Positions 1-8,485 of a stretch of 64,000 nucleotides of DNA are shown one piece after another. The notes under the pieces were generated by a model. The model was not told the origin of the DNA, searched no databases, and saw only the letters and a list, made by a program, of their open reading frames with translations. Location: positions 792-64,791 of the forward strand of contig JAIEQF010000019.1 in NCBI GenBank assembly GCA_019747895.1, in the 5' to 3' direction. The stretch is from Chthoniobacterales bacterium. GTDB lineage: Bacteria; Verrucomicrobiota; Verrucomicrobiia; Chthoniobacterales; UBA6821. The translations under genes and the position numbers were made by a program. Position 1 is the stretch's first letter; each line of letters starts with the position of its first letter.

Positions 1-103
1 TATTGGAGGAGGGAAGGAACGGATTGAGATAACAATGGAGTCTGTGTTATATTGAATATTGAAATTTTATGATGAAGAGCAAATTTTCACCAATGATTTT
101 ATT

Positions 104-946
104 ATGAATAACGAGTTAGCAATTTTTGAAAAACATGCCATTAGGCGTACTTATGATAAAAAAACAGAAATGTGGTTTTTTTCTGTAGTAGACATTATTC
201 AGGTGCTTACACAGCAGCCCGATTACCAAACAGCGAGAAAATACTGGAATAAACTCAAAAATCGTTTGAATAAAGAAGAAAGTCAGTCGGTGACAAATTG
301 TCACCAACTGAAATTACCTGCTGCAGATGGGAAAAGTTATTTAACAGATGTTGCGAATGTTAAAACAATTTTGAGACTTGTACAAAGTATACCAAGTCCA
401 AAAGCAGAGCCCATCAAACTTTGGCTTGCTAAAGTAGGATATGAACGAATTCAGGAAATTGAGGACCCAGTTCTTTCTCTTGAACGTGCTCGTGAAATGT
501 GGAAGAAGCATGGGCGCAGTGAAAAATGGATTCAACAGCGTATGACTGGTCAGGAAACCAGAAATAAACTTACCGATTACTGGGCCAACCATGACATAGA
601 AGAAGGGCAAGAATATGCTATTCTTACAAATATTATTCACCAAGAATGGTCCGATGTAACTGTTTCATCACACAAGTCTCTCAAAAAGCTTGCTACACAA
701 AATTTGCGTGATCATATGACTGAAGCAGAACTTATTTTTACTGCTTTGGCAGAACTTTCTACACGTCAGGTTGCTGAAAGTGTAGAAGCAATCGGTATGG
801 CAGAAAATAAAGTAGCAGCAAAAACAGGTGGAAGCATTGCCAGAAAAGCTCGCTTAGAACTTGAAGGCAAAACAGGTAAACAAATTGTGACAGGAGAAAA
901 CTATTTGCCACCTTCCGATGAAAAAAAACAGATAGATAATCAGTAA
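104..946 (+). CDS. Bro-N domain DNA-binding protein (DinD/antirepressor-like)
   Basis: The track ORF 59..946 starts at TTG, and the first in-frame ATG is at 104. The N-terminal FEKHAIRRTYDKKTEMWFFSVVDIIQVL...ARKYWNKLKNRL resembles Bro-N/DinD-type proteins common in prophage or mobile DNA. This is recall, not a search. Confidence 0.6.
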   Translation: MNNELAIFEKHAIRRTYDKKTEMWFFSVVDIIQVLTQQPDYQTARKYWNKLKNRLNKEESQSVTNCHQLKLPAADGKSYLTDVANVKTILRLVQSIPSPKAEPIKLWLAKVGYERIQEIEDPVLSLERAREMWKKHGRSEKWIQQRMTGQETRNKLTDYWANHDIEEGQEYAILTNIIHQEWSDVTVSSHKSLKKLATQNLRDHMTEAELIFTALAELSTRQVAESVEAIGMAENKVAAKTGGSIARKARLELEGKTGKQIVTGENYLPPSDEKKQIDNQ

Positions 947-990
947 AATAAATATTAGTGATCTATTTTTTTTGTAAGTGTTTAACCTAA

Positions 991-1902
991 TCAATGCTTG
1001 GCTTGCGTAAACTCATCAACCAAAATACGTGTTGCTGCAGCAATGACGTCCTCACGATGAGGTGAATCTTTTTTATCTTGGAAAAAAAAGATGGTGATAA
1101 CAATGGGAGCTCCTTCTAATGGATAGAGAATTCCAATGTCATTTGTAATTCCATAATCTCCAGAACCAGTTTTATCGGCGACAATCCATCCTATTGGCAC
1201 ACCAGCTCGGATGCGGTTATATCCTGTAGTGCAGGCTGTCATCCAAGTCACTAATTGCTTTTGTTGAGATGCTCCAAGAACATTTCCAAGAGCTAGTTTT
1301 TGCAAACTATTTTCCATGGCTGCTGGAGTTGAGGTATCACGTATATCGCCTGGGATTCCTGAATTGAGCTCAGGTTCTAGGCGATCCAGTCTGAATACAG
1401 AGTTGCCTATGGAGCGAGCAAAAGAAGTCACAGCCTGAGGACCGCCTAGCTTTTTAATAAGCAGATTTGCGGCATTGTTATCACTGTAACACAGCGCCGC
1501 TGAACAGAGTTCGCTGATAGTCATTCCGGTAGCAAGATGATTTTTAGTAATGGGTGCATAGCCTGAGGCATCTACATCTTGTTCTGTGTAATTCATTTTT
1601 TGCTGCAACAAATGAGGGTCGCTCATGCTCTGTTTTAAAATCGCTGCAGCCACCATCACTTTGAATGTGCTGCAAAATGGAAAAAGTTCTTCAGCTCGAT
1701 ATTCAATGTGCTTTTCGTTCGCCGTATTGACCGCAGCCACACCAAGATGGCCGCCAGAAGAGGCTTCTAGGTCAGCGAGTTGTTTTTGAACTGAAGTGGA
1801 TGAAATTGTTTGAGGAGTGGCAAACAACGGTTTGCAAGCGCTCGCAAAAAAAAGAGACAGGGTAGCTAATAATAAAAAGTGCCTGAATGGAGAATGATTC
1901 AT
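991..1902 (-). CDS. bla: class A beta-lactamase, probable lipoprotein or secreted
   Basis: All class A motifs are present: STFK (Ser-x-x-Lys), SDN, EPELN (omega-loop Glu) and KTG. The track ORF extends to 1968. The ATG at 1902 gives MNHSPFRHFLLLATLSLFFASAC, a signal peptide with a lipobox-like FASAC. Confidence 0.9.
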   Translation of the reverse strand: MNHSPFRHFLLLATLSLFFASACKPLFATPQTISSTSVQKQLADLEASSGGHLGVAAVNTANEKHIEYRAEELFPFCSTFKVMVAAAILKQSMSDPHLLQQKMNYTEQDVDASGYAPITKNHLATGMTISELCSAALCYSDNNAANLLIKKLGGPQAVTSFARSIGNSVFRLDRLEPELNSGIPGDIRDTSTPAAMENSLQKLALGNVLGASQQKQLVTWMTACTTGYNRIRAGVPIGWIVADKTGSGDYGITNDIGILYPLEGAPIVITIFFFQDKKDSPHREDVIAAATRILVDEFTQAKH

Positions 1903-1987
1903 AAGGATGATGCTACTGTTAGTGCTTGGTATGAGAAAAATTTTTTGATAAGGAGGATGGTTTGTCAAAATTAATCACTCCTTTTCC

Positions 1988-2941
1988 ATGTCTTCACTTA
2001 TTCAAAATCCTCATGATCGCTTCTTTCGTTCGTCTATGGCTAATCCACGAATGGCGCTAGAATTTCTACAACATCATTTGCCAGATCACATCACTGAACT
2101 TGTAGATTTTAATTCATTAAAACTCATGCCGGGGAGTTTTTTGGATGAAGCGATGAAGCAATGGATGACAGATATTCTGTATAGCGTTAGTTTAAGTGGT
2201 AAGCCAGGCTATATCTACTTGCTCATCGAGCATCAACGCAAAGCAGATCCGCTCATGTCATTTCGCTTGCTTGAATATTCTATCAATATTTGTCGGACGC
2301 ATTTGAGAGAACATCAGACACAGAAACTTCCTTTAGTCTATCCTTGCGTGATCTACAACGGAGAGGAACGCTATGAATATACGACTGATCTTTTTGAATT
2401 ATTTCAAGATTCTGACTTAGCTCGCGAATTTTTTTTAAAGCCGTTTCAACTTATTGATCTTTCTCAAATTGCTGATGATGACTTGAAAAAGAAGCCGCTC
2501 CTTGGTATGTTAGAAATGTTTTTAAAACATGCTTTTACGCGAGATGCAGTTGCACTTATCAATTCATTAAGTGAAATTATTCGAGGTGTAGAAGCAAAAA
2601 ATGAAATTGAACTTTTAAAGTTGGGATTTAACTATTTGCTAAAGACACAACAATTCAAAGAGAGTATCCTAGCGACTTTTGAAGAGACTTTGTCTGAGAA
2701 AAACAAATCAAATATTATGACTATTGCAGAATCACTAATTGAAGAAGGCATTCAAAAAGGCATGCAACAGGGCATGCAACAATTTCGTTCTTCATTGCTA
2801 AGGCAGCTTGGACGACGATTTCCAAATCAAATTACTTCCAATCATCTTGAGTTAATTGAAGATGCGGATAGTGAATCTCTTTCTCTTTGGAGTGAAAAAC
2901 TCATGGATGCTACCTGTATTGCGGAGGTCTTTGCCTGGTAG
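1988..2941 (+). CDS. Rpn/YhgA-family recombination-promoting nuclease (PD-(D/E)xK, putative transposase_31)
   Basis: The N-terminal NPHDRFFR...DILYSV...YIYLLIEHQRKADPLMSFRLLEY...VIYNGEE pattern is typical of RpnA-like proteins. It is divergent from bla with an 85-bp gap. Confidence 0.8.
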   Translation: MSSLIQNPHDRFFRSSMANPRMALEFLQHHLPDHITELVDFNSLKLMPGSFLDEAMKQWMTDILYSVSLSGKPGYIYLLIEHQRKADPLMSFRLLEYSINICRTHLREHQTQKLPLVYPCVIYNGEERYEYTTDLFELFQDSDLAREFFLKPFQLIDLSQIADDDLKKKPLLGMLEMFLKHAFTRDAVALINSLSEIIRGVEAKNEIELLKLGFNYLLKTQQFKESILATFEETLSEKNKSNIMTIAESLIEEGIQKGMQQGMQQFRSSLLRQLGRRFPNQITSNHLELIEDADSESLSLWSEKLMDATCIAEVFAW

Positions 2942-2991
2942 TGTGCTTAACTTATTACTTAGTAGAAGGAGTAAATATCAGCCTTAAAAAA

Positions 2992-3579
2992 ATGGCGACA
3001 CTTTGTATTTATTGCGGATCTAATGTTGGCAATGATCCTCTTTTTTTAGAGACAGCTCGTTTGGTAGGAAAAATTCTTGCTGAAGGTGACCATACGCTTG
3101 TTTATGGAGGTGGTAGCGTAGGGTTGATGGGAGTTGTTGCCGATGCGGCTCTCGCTGCAGGTGGAAAAGTGATCGGAATCATTCCTGAGCTTTTTGTTCA
3201 GGAGAAACGAGAGATCGCTCATTCAGGTCTTACGGAGTTGCACGTTGTCGACTCGATGCATGAACGCAAATACAAGATGGCCTCCCTGGCTGATGCTTTC
3301 TTAGCCTTGCCGGGAGGGATTGGAACGCTAGAAGAAATCATCGAGGCCTTCACTTGGACGCAGATTGGAATTCATCCGAAGCCGTGTGCTCTTCTTAATG
3401 TGAATGGCTTTTACAATCCACTCATGACCTTACTCGCAGACATGGTGGAGAAAGGCTTTCTACATCGCGAACAGCTTTCTCAATTGATTGTTGAAGCAGA
3501 GCCTGAAGTGGCCATCAATCATTTGCTTTCTCACAAGCCTCGCTTGGTCAACAAATGGATGGAATCACGATGGCAGTGA
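2992..3579 (+). CDS. LOG-family nucleotide 5'-monophosphate phosphoribohydrolase (TIGR00730 type)
   Basis: It has the PGGIGTLEE motif and GGGSVGLMG. The track ORF starts at GTG 2941; the ATG at 2992 (MATLCIYCGS) fits family N-termini. Confidence 0.85.
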   Translation: MATLCIYCGSNVGNDPLFLETARLVGKILAEGDHTLVYGGGSVGLMGVVADAALAAGGKVIGIIPELFVQEKREIAHSGLTELHVVDSMHERKYKMASLADAFLALPGGIGTLEEIIEAFTWTQIGIHPKPCALLNVNGFYNPLMTLLADMVEKGFLHREQLSQLIVEAEPEVAINHLLSHKPRLVNKWMESRWQ

Positions 3580-3784
3580 GGCTTTCGTAAAGCAACTTTT
3601 GTACGGATGCATCTGTGATCGCACGCGCAAGGACTGGAGGGCTTTTGAAAGTGGTATCCATGCTTAGCACATGTTTCACAAAAACAACATTGGTGTTGAA
3701 GTCAATGGTGTTGTCGTAAGCCACCATTAAAAAATAGAGCGCCACCCTAAAGACTGTTGCGGTTTTGACGAGTCGAGGGAGCAT
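3548..3784 (-). pseudogene. truncated DUF2165-like small membrane protein gene (about the first 60 codons only)
   Basis: RLVKTATVFRVALYFLMVAYDNTIDFNTNVVFVKHVLSMDTTF matches my memory of the DUF2165 N-terminus (..FVRHVLSMDT..). Full-length members are about 160 aa. This ORF degenerates and runs 32 nt into the LOG 3' end. Confidence 0.4.
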
Positions 3785-3799
3785 AAATAAAATAGATTT

Positions 3800-4996
3800 T
3801 TATTTTTCCAACCACTTCTTAACGGGAGTGAGTAAAAATTTTTCAATTTCAATGCCACCTTCACCGACGATCAAGTTTCTCAGCGGCTTGAACCGTGTTC
3901 TAAAAATTTCCAATCCTCTAGTTGTGGGGCGACTACGTCCACTTTTGACTTCGATGCCAACAATGGTCTTTCCTTGTTTTAAAACGAAGTCGACTTCGTG
4001 ATTTCCTTCGCGCCAATACTGGACTTCGATCGTTGTCCCAAAAGTTTGATTGAGGAGATGGGCTCCCACGGCTGATTCTACAAGGCGTCCCCAATGTTCG
4101 CGATTACTTATAGCCTGTTCCATTGTTAGTTCACTAGTTGCAGAGAGAAGTGCTGTGTTGAAAACTTGAAGTTTAGGGCTGGAAGCACGTTGATGGATTT
4201 TTCCATGAGTATATTTTGAAAGGCCGCCAACCATTCCTGCGCTTTGTAAAAGTTGCAAATAATGAGCAAGGGTTACCGTATTTCCAGCGTTAGTAAGCTG
4301 ACCTAACATTTTTTGATAGGAAAGAATTTGGCTAGAGTAATCGCAGCTGAGTTGAAAGAGCCGACGCAAGAGAGCCGGTTTGTCAACGCGCGTCATGAGC
4401 AGGATGTCTCGTGAAATACTTGTTTCTACAAGTGACTCAAGGATGTAATGACGCCAACGTTTTGGGTTCTTGATCAGTGAGGCCGCACCTGGGTAGGCGC
4501 CATAATAAATGAATTGCTTGAGATCCCAGTCAAAAGTTTTTTTTATTTCAGCAAAAGACCAATGAGAAATGGGAATAAGCTCAAAGCGGCCTGCTAAACT
4601 CTCGGTGAGACCTGATTGAATGAGCAAAGGAGAAGAACCAAGTAAAATAACATGAAGAGAACTCTTGGTGTGAGTATCATGGTCCCATAATTTTTTGACG
4701 AGTTCGGACCAATGATGGATTTTTTGAATTTCATCTAACACAAGTACGCCTTTTTTCTTCCCGGCTTTTAAATGTGCTTCTTCCCACTGCTGGCGAAGCC
4801 ATTCTTGCCCTTGTAGACCAGGGGCATCGGCGGAAGCGTAATGAAAAGGAATGTCTATTTTTTCAAGGAATTGTTCAATAAGTGTTGTTTTACCAATTTG
4901 ACGAGGTCCAGCAAGCACTTGAATAAAACGACGAGGTTCTTTTATTCGATCTATAAGAAGATCAAGGAGATATTGGCGAATCATAAATTTACTCAT
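3800..4996 (-). CDS. AAA+ ATPase with DUF4143 and PD-(D/E)xK-like C-terminus (COG1373 type), paralog 1
   Basis: It has Walker A GPRQIGKTT, Walker B VLVLDEIQ and a C-terminal HEVDFVL...GIEVKSG nuclease-like motif. The ATG at 4996 (MSKFMIRQY) avoids overlap with the upstream GNAT; the track ORF extends to 5062. Confidence 0.8.
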   Translation of the reverse strand: MSKFMIRQYLLDLLIDRIKEPRRFIQVLAGPRQIGKTTLIEQFLEKIDIPFHYASADAPGLQGQEWLRQQWEEAHLKAGKKKGVLVLDEIQKIHHWSELVKKLWDHDTHTKSSLHVILLGSSPLLIQSGLTESLAGRFELIPISHWSFAEIKKTFDWDLKQFIYYGAYPGAASLIKNPKRWRHYILESLVETSISRDILLMTRVDKPALLRRLFQLSCDYSSQILSYQKMLGQLTNAGNTVTLAHYLQLLQSAGMVGGLSKYTHGKIHQRASSPKLQVFNTALLSATSELTMEQAISNREHWGRLVESAVGAHLLNQTFGTTIEVQYWREGNHEVDFVLKQGKTIVGIEVKSGRSRPTTRGLEIFRTRFKPLRNLIVGEGGIEIEKFLLTPVKKWLEK

Positions 4997-5007
4997 TATG
5001 TCGAGTT

Positions 5008-5034
5008 GATTTACTCGGGAAACTGAGTAAATTT
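5008..5034. promoter_or_regulatory. palindrome GATTTACTC-N7-GAGTAAATT upstream of the AAA+ ATPase start
   Basis: The inverted repeat is read directly from the sequence. A further GAGTAAATTT half-site overlaps the start codon (4985..4996). The same TACTC..GAGTAAA motif recurs at 14061..14103 and 15952..15972. Confidence 0.3.
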
Positions 5035-5048
5035 TCACGTGAGCAGCT

Positions 5049-5522
5049 TTAAGAACCAGCAAGAGAGTCCAACGCTTCGCCCGTCACTCGAAATACAGTC
5101 CATTCGTTCATCGGTATAGCTCCAATTTTCAAATAAAAGTCGATTGTTTTTTTATTCCAGTCTAAGACCCACCATTCAAGTCGACCGCAGTCACGTTCTT
5201 TTGCTAAGTGAGCAAGAAAGGCTAAGAGTTGCTGGCCGATTCCTTTGCTCCGATGGCTTGGCTTGACATAGAGATCTTCTAGATAGATTCCTGGCTTTCC
5301 GAGGAAAGTAGAAAAGTTATGGAAAAAGAGTGCAAAGCCGGCAGGCTCTTCGTTCTCATAAGCAAAAACCACTTCAGCCCGTTTGTTTTTTCCAAAGAGG
5401 TTTTCTTTTAAAAGACTTTCTGTTGCGACAACCTCATGGAGGAGCTTTTCGTAATCAGCTAATTCTTTGATGAATTGGAGGATCAAAGGAATGTCTTCTT
5501 CGGTGGCAAATTTTATATTCAT
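5049..5522 (-). CDS. GNAT N-acetyltransferase (diamine/SSAT-like)
   Basis: The GNAT core is YLEDLYVKPSHRSKGIGQQLL (the Q/RxxGxG/A acetyl-CoA loop). The ATG at 5522 (MNIKFATEED) is the likely start; the track ORF runs to 5549. Confidence 0.8.
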   Translation of the reverse strand: MNIKFATEEDIPLILQFIKELADYEKLLHEVVATESLLKENLFGKNKRAEVVFAYENEEPAGFALFFHNFSTFLGKPGIYLEDLYVKPSHRSKGIGQQLLAFLAHLAKERDCGRLEWWVLDWNKKTIDFYLKIGAIPMNEWTVFRVTGEALDSLAGS

Positions 5523-5598
5523 GATGGAGGTGGTATCATTGCTGTTCAAAACGATTGTCTAATTTAAAATAAGAATGCTTTTTATTGCTGCGAACAGA

Positions 5599-5663
5599 GT
5601 TGAAATGTTGAAGCGTTAACACGTTGAAAAGATCTCGTATTGCTGCCCCTTCAACGTTTCAAC
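5599..5663. repeat. hairpin with 15-bp arms GTTGAAATGTTGAAG / CTTCAACGTTTCAAC and a 35-nt loop
   Basis: Read directly from the sequence. It lies between two minus-strand genes. It shares the TTGAAATnTTGAAG motif with the inverted repeat at 51642..51729 and with 17881..17894. Confidence 0.5.
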
Positions 5664-5740
5664 CGAAGTAGGCCTGCAAAGTAAATAGAGCTTCCTAATT
5701 TCTTTTATCGACTGCTATTTTGGACAAGAGTGAGATGGTA

Positions 5741-6781
5741 TCATTTATCCTGCGAGAAGAAAGAGGTGGTAGGAATAAATTTATCACTCACTTCCCCAGC
5801 ATAGACTTGACCTTGTTGTAGTGGCAGTTTTTTAATCGAAGCTCCTTTTTTGAGATTACATTTATTGAGGTCAACCCAAAAAACATTCGGACGTTCACTG
5901 TTTTCAAAAAAGTAGAGATTGTTTTTTAGATCAGCGGCACTCCGCCAGACAGTAGCGGCAATATTCGGATGAGCTGGATCGGTTTCTGCCATCATTGGGG
6001 TTGAAACATTTCTCATAATGGAGAAAACAACAGCAATGGCTTCTTCGGGATTGGAAGTTTTTTTAGCATTGTTTAAAAAATAACTAGCTCGCACAAATCG
6101 ATCTGATGGGTTGTCTGTACCTGGGAGGAAGGTTCCTTTGAGCTCTTGCCAATAATCATTCAATGCTAATTGTTTTTCGTATGTTGGTTCATTGGTCATT
6201 ACATCATATTTTTTATTGTGATGAACGATTAACTTGCCATCAACATATTCAAAAATCGCATTGTCACCACTCCGGTCAGCAATTGCTAGGTGAACAGTAG
6301 CTTGTGAACCATTAGGGAGTCTGTTTGCAATGATGTTGACAAAGTCTTTACTAAAATCTTTGACCGCCTCGTCAACAGTTGCATAGTTATCCAAAAAATA
6401 TTGAGCCCAAATAAGAATCGATAAATTTTTTCGATCTGGTTTTTGTGCGCCATAATTAGCTGTTGATAAATAGAGCACGTTGGCGCAAAGCCCTTCCGAA
6501 TTAATACCATCAGTGGTTCCGATATTGTAGCCACTTGCGATGAGGTTGCCATATTTTGAAGTCCAGGTAAGGCTCTTGGGATCATGATCGTTGCCGCAAC
6601 GTTTGATGCCAGCAGGAAAGAGCCAGAGGTCTGTTTTAATATCCTCGAACCAATCCATTGTTCGTCCCATGGCCACCATTTTATCAGGCCCTACATAGGT
6701 AATTCTACTACAGGCATGGCTATTTTGGAGCGAGCAAAGAAGAAGGCCAGCAAATGTTGTGATAAGGATTTTTGGTTTCAT
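5741..6781 (-). CDS. choloylglycine hydrolase / penicillin V acylase family Ntn-hydrolase, secreted
   Basis: A signal peptide ends ...SHA|CSRITY, exposing the N-terminal catalytic Cys typical of this family. At 346 aa the length fits. Confidence 0.8.
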   Translation of the reverse strand: MKPKILITTFAGLLLCSLQNSHACSRITYVGPDKMVAMGRTMDWFEDIKTDLWLFPAGIKRCGNDHDPKSLTWTSKYGNLIASGYNIGTTDGINSEGLCANVLYLSTANYGAQKPDRKNLSILIWAQYFLDNYATVDEAVKDFSKDFVNIIANRLPNGSQATVHLAIADRSGDNAIFEYVDGKLIVHHNKKYDVMTNEPTYEKQLALNDYWQELKGTFLPGTDNPSDRFVRASYFLNNAKKTSNPEEAIAVVFSIMRNVSTPMMAETDPAHPNIAATVWRSAADLKNNLYFFENSERPNVFWVDLNKCNLKKGASIKKLPLQQGQVYAGEVSDKFIPTTSFFSQDK

Positions 6782-6791
6782 AAAATATGGA

Positions 6792-7862
6792 TTAGTGATT
6801 TTTTTCTAACGAAGCCATGTCAATAACGAAGCGGTAATGCACATCGCCTTGAAGCATGCGGTCGTAAGCGGCATTGATTTCTTGAATCGGAATCATTTCA
6901 ATTTCAGCCGTGATATTGTGATTGCCACAAAAATCAAGCATCTCTTGAGTTTCTTGGATGCCACCAATCATCGATCCGGCAACGGTTTTGCGGCCATGAA
7001 CGATTTCCGACAAATCAAGTTGTAGCGGCTCAGATGGAAGGCCGACGACGACCATTTTTCCATCACGTTTTAAAAGTGAGAGATAATGCTCTAATTTGTA
7101 GGATGCCGAAATAGTACTCAAAATAAAATCAAAGCTATTGGCGTGTTGCTTCATGTCAGTAGGATCTTTGGAAACAATGATCCCTTTTGCTCCTAACTTG
7201 AGTGCTTTTTCTTTTTTGTGAGGTGAAGTGGTGATGACATAGGTTTCGGCACTAAAGGCATGAGCGAACTTTACCCCCATGTGACCTAGTCCTCCGAGGC
7301 CGACAATACCTACCTTCTGGCCTGGTCCAACGTTCCAATTTCGCAGTGGAGAATAAGTCGTGATACCAGCACACAAGAGAGGAGCTGTTGCTGCGAGTGA
7401 TAAGTTGGCTGGAATTCTTAAAACAAAATCTTCTGTGGTAACAATGCTTTGAGAGTAACCACCGTAAGTTGGTGTTTTTTTGTCTTGTTCGGTGCTGTTG
7501 TAAGTCAGCGATGCGCCGTTTTCACAATATTGTTCAAGGTGTTCTTGGCAAGAGTTGCAGTGACGACATGAATCAACAATCACGCCGACCCCAACACGAT
7601 CGCCTACGGAAAATTTTTGAACAGCGTCGCCAACGGCTTTCACATGGCCGACAATCTCGTGTCCTGGCACCATCGGATAAATGGCTCCACCCCATTCATT
7701 GCGGGCTTGGTGAATGTCGCTATGACAGACTCCGCAATATTCAATGGTGATCATGACATCATGAGGGCCAACAGATCGAAGCTCTAAGGCATGTGGCTGG
7801 AGTGGTGTTGTTGAGCTGAAGGCGGCGTAGGCCTTGGTTTTGAATGAGGATGATGGAGTCAT
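6792..7862 (-). CDS. Zn-dependent NAD(P) alcohol dehydrogenase (cinnamyl-ADH/YahK-like)
   Basis: It has GVCHSDIH and GHEIVG zinc ligands, the structural-Zn Cys cluster CRHCNSCQEHLEQYC, and a GLGGLGH Rossmann motif. Confidence 0.85.
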   Translation of the reverse strand: MTPSSSFKTKAYAAFSSTTPLQPHALELRSVGPHDVMITIEYCGVCHSDIHQARNEWGGAIYPMVPGHEIVGHVKAVGDAVQKFSVGDRVGVGVIVDSCRHCNSCQEHLEQYCENGASLTYNSTEQDKKTPTYGGYSQSIVTTEDFVLRIPANLSLAATAPLLCAGITTYSPLRNWNVGPGQKVGIVGLGGLGHMGVKFAHAFSAETYVITTSPHKKEKALKLGAKGIIVSKDPTDMKQHANSFDFILSTISASYKLEHYLSLLKRDGKMVVVGLPSEPLQLDLSEIVHGRKTVAGSMIGGIQETQEMLDFCGNHNITAEIEMIPIQEINAAYDRMLQGDVHYRFVIDMASLEKNH

Positions 7863-7900
7863 TGGAATTTATTTTTGTGGTGAAATTTTTAGAAAACTAT

Positions 7901-8236
7901 TTAGGGCGTCTTAACATAAACCCATGCCATATTTCCAGAAAGGAGAAGGACATAAGTCCTTTCATAATCTCCAACCTCATAGCTATCAGCATGGATGAGC
8001 TCTTTCGGAGTGATTTCAAAGAGAGTTCCTTTAACAGAATCTTCTGCGTGACCGGTGTAGCTGATAATAGGATGAAATTCCTTTTTACTTGCTGCGAGGA
8101 CATGAGGATCTGTGATTTTAAGCATCGAGAGCTTGTAACCAACGAGAGCGTCTGGAGTTCCCGTCAGGTTGCGTCCAAAAGTTAATAGCTGGACTTCTTC
8201 TTGTTGGAGGGTTCCATACGAAAAAAGTTTTTCCAT
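7901..8236 (-). CDS. gamma-glutamylcyclotransferase (AIG2/GGACT-like) family protein
   Basis: The MEKLFSYGTLQ N-terminus is typical of the family. The ATG at 8236 is preferred over the track start at 8305. Confidence 0.65.
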   Translation of the reverse strand: MEKLFSYGTLQQEEVQLLTFGRNLTGTPDALVGYKLSMLKITDPHVLAASKKEFHPIISYTGHAEDSVKGTLFEITPKELIHADSYEVGDYERTYVLLLSGNMAWVYVKTP

Positions 8237-8423
8237 AGTAACTATTGAAGTAAATGCTTCTATCGGAAATTCAGAATTTTTTGAGCTCCATGTGGGAAAA
8301 GACAATCGCCAACGTGAGGCGCAAGATGAGAGCAGCTCTGGAAGAGGAGGTTTTAGTGAGAAGGTAGAAGATGGTTTGCATGATCATCAAACATAAGTTG
8401 TTTTAGGAATAGGTCTATTTAAA

Positions 8424-8451
8424 AATAATTATTGATAAACAATAATTTATT
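8424..8451. promoter_or_regulatory. AT-rich inverted repeat AATAATTATTG-N5-CAATAATTTATT upstream of the DUF2975/HTH pair
   Basis: Read directly from the sequence. It sits 35 nt upstream of the 8486 start, making it a candidate operator for the downstream YozG-like regulator. This is speculative. Confidence 0.25.
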
Positions 8452-8485
8452 GCTAAATTAAGTTAACTTTTTACTGTATAAAAAT

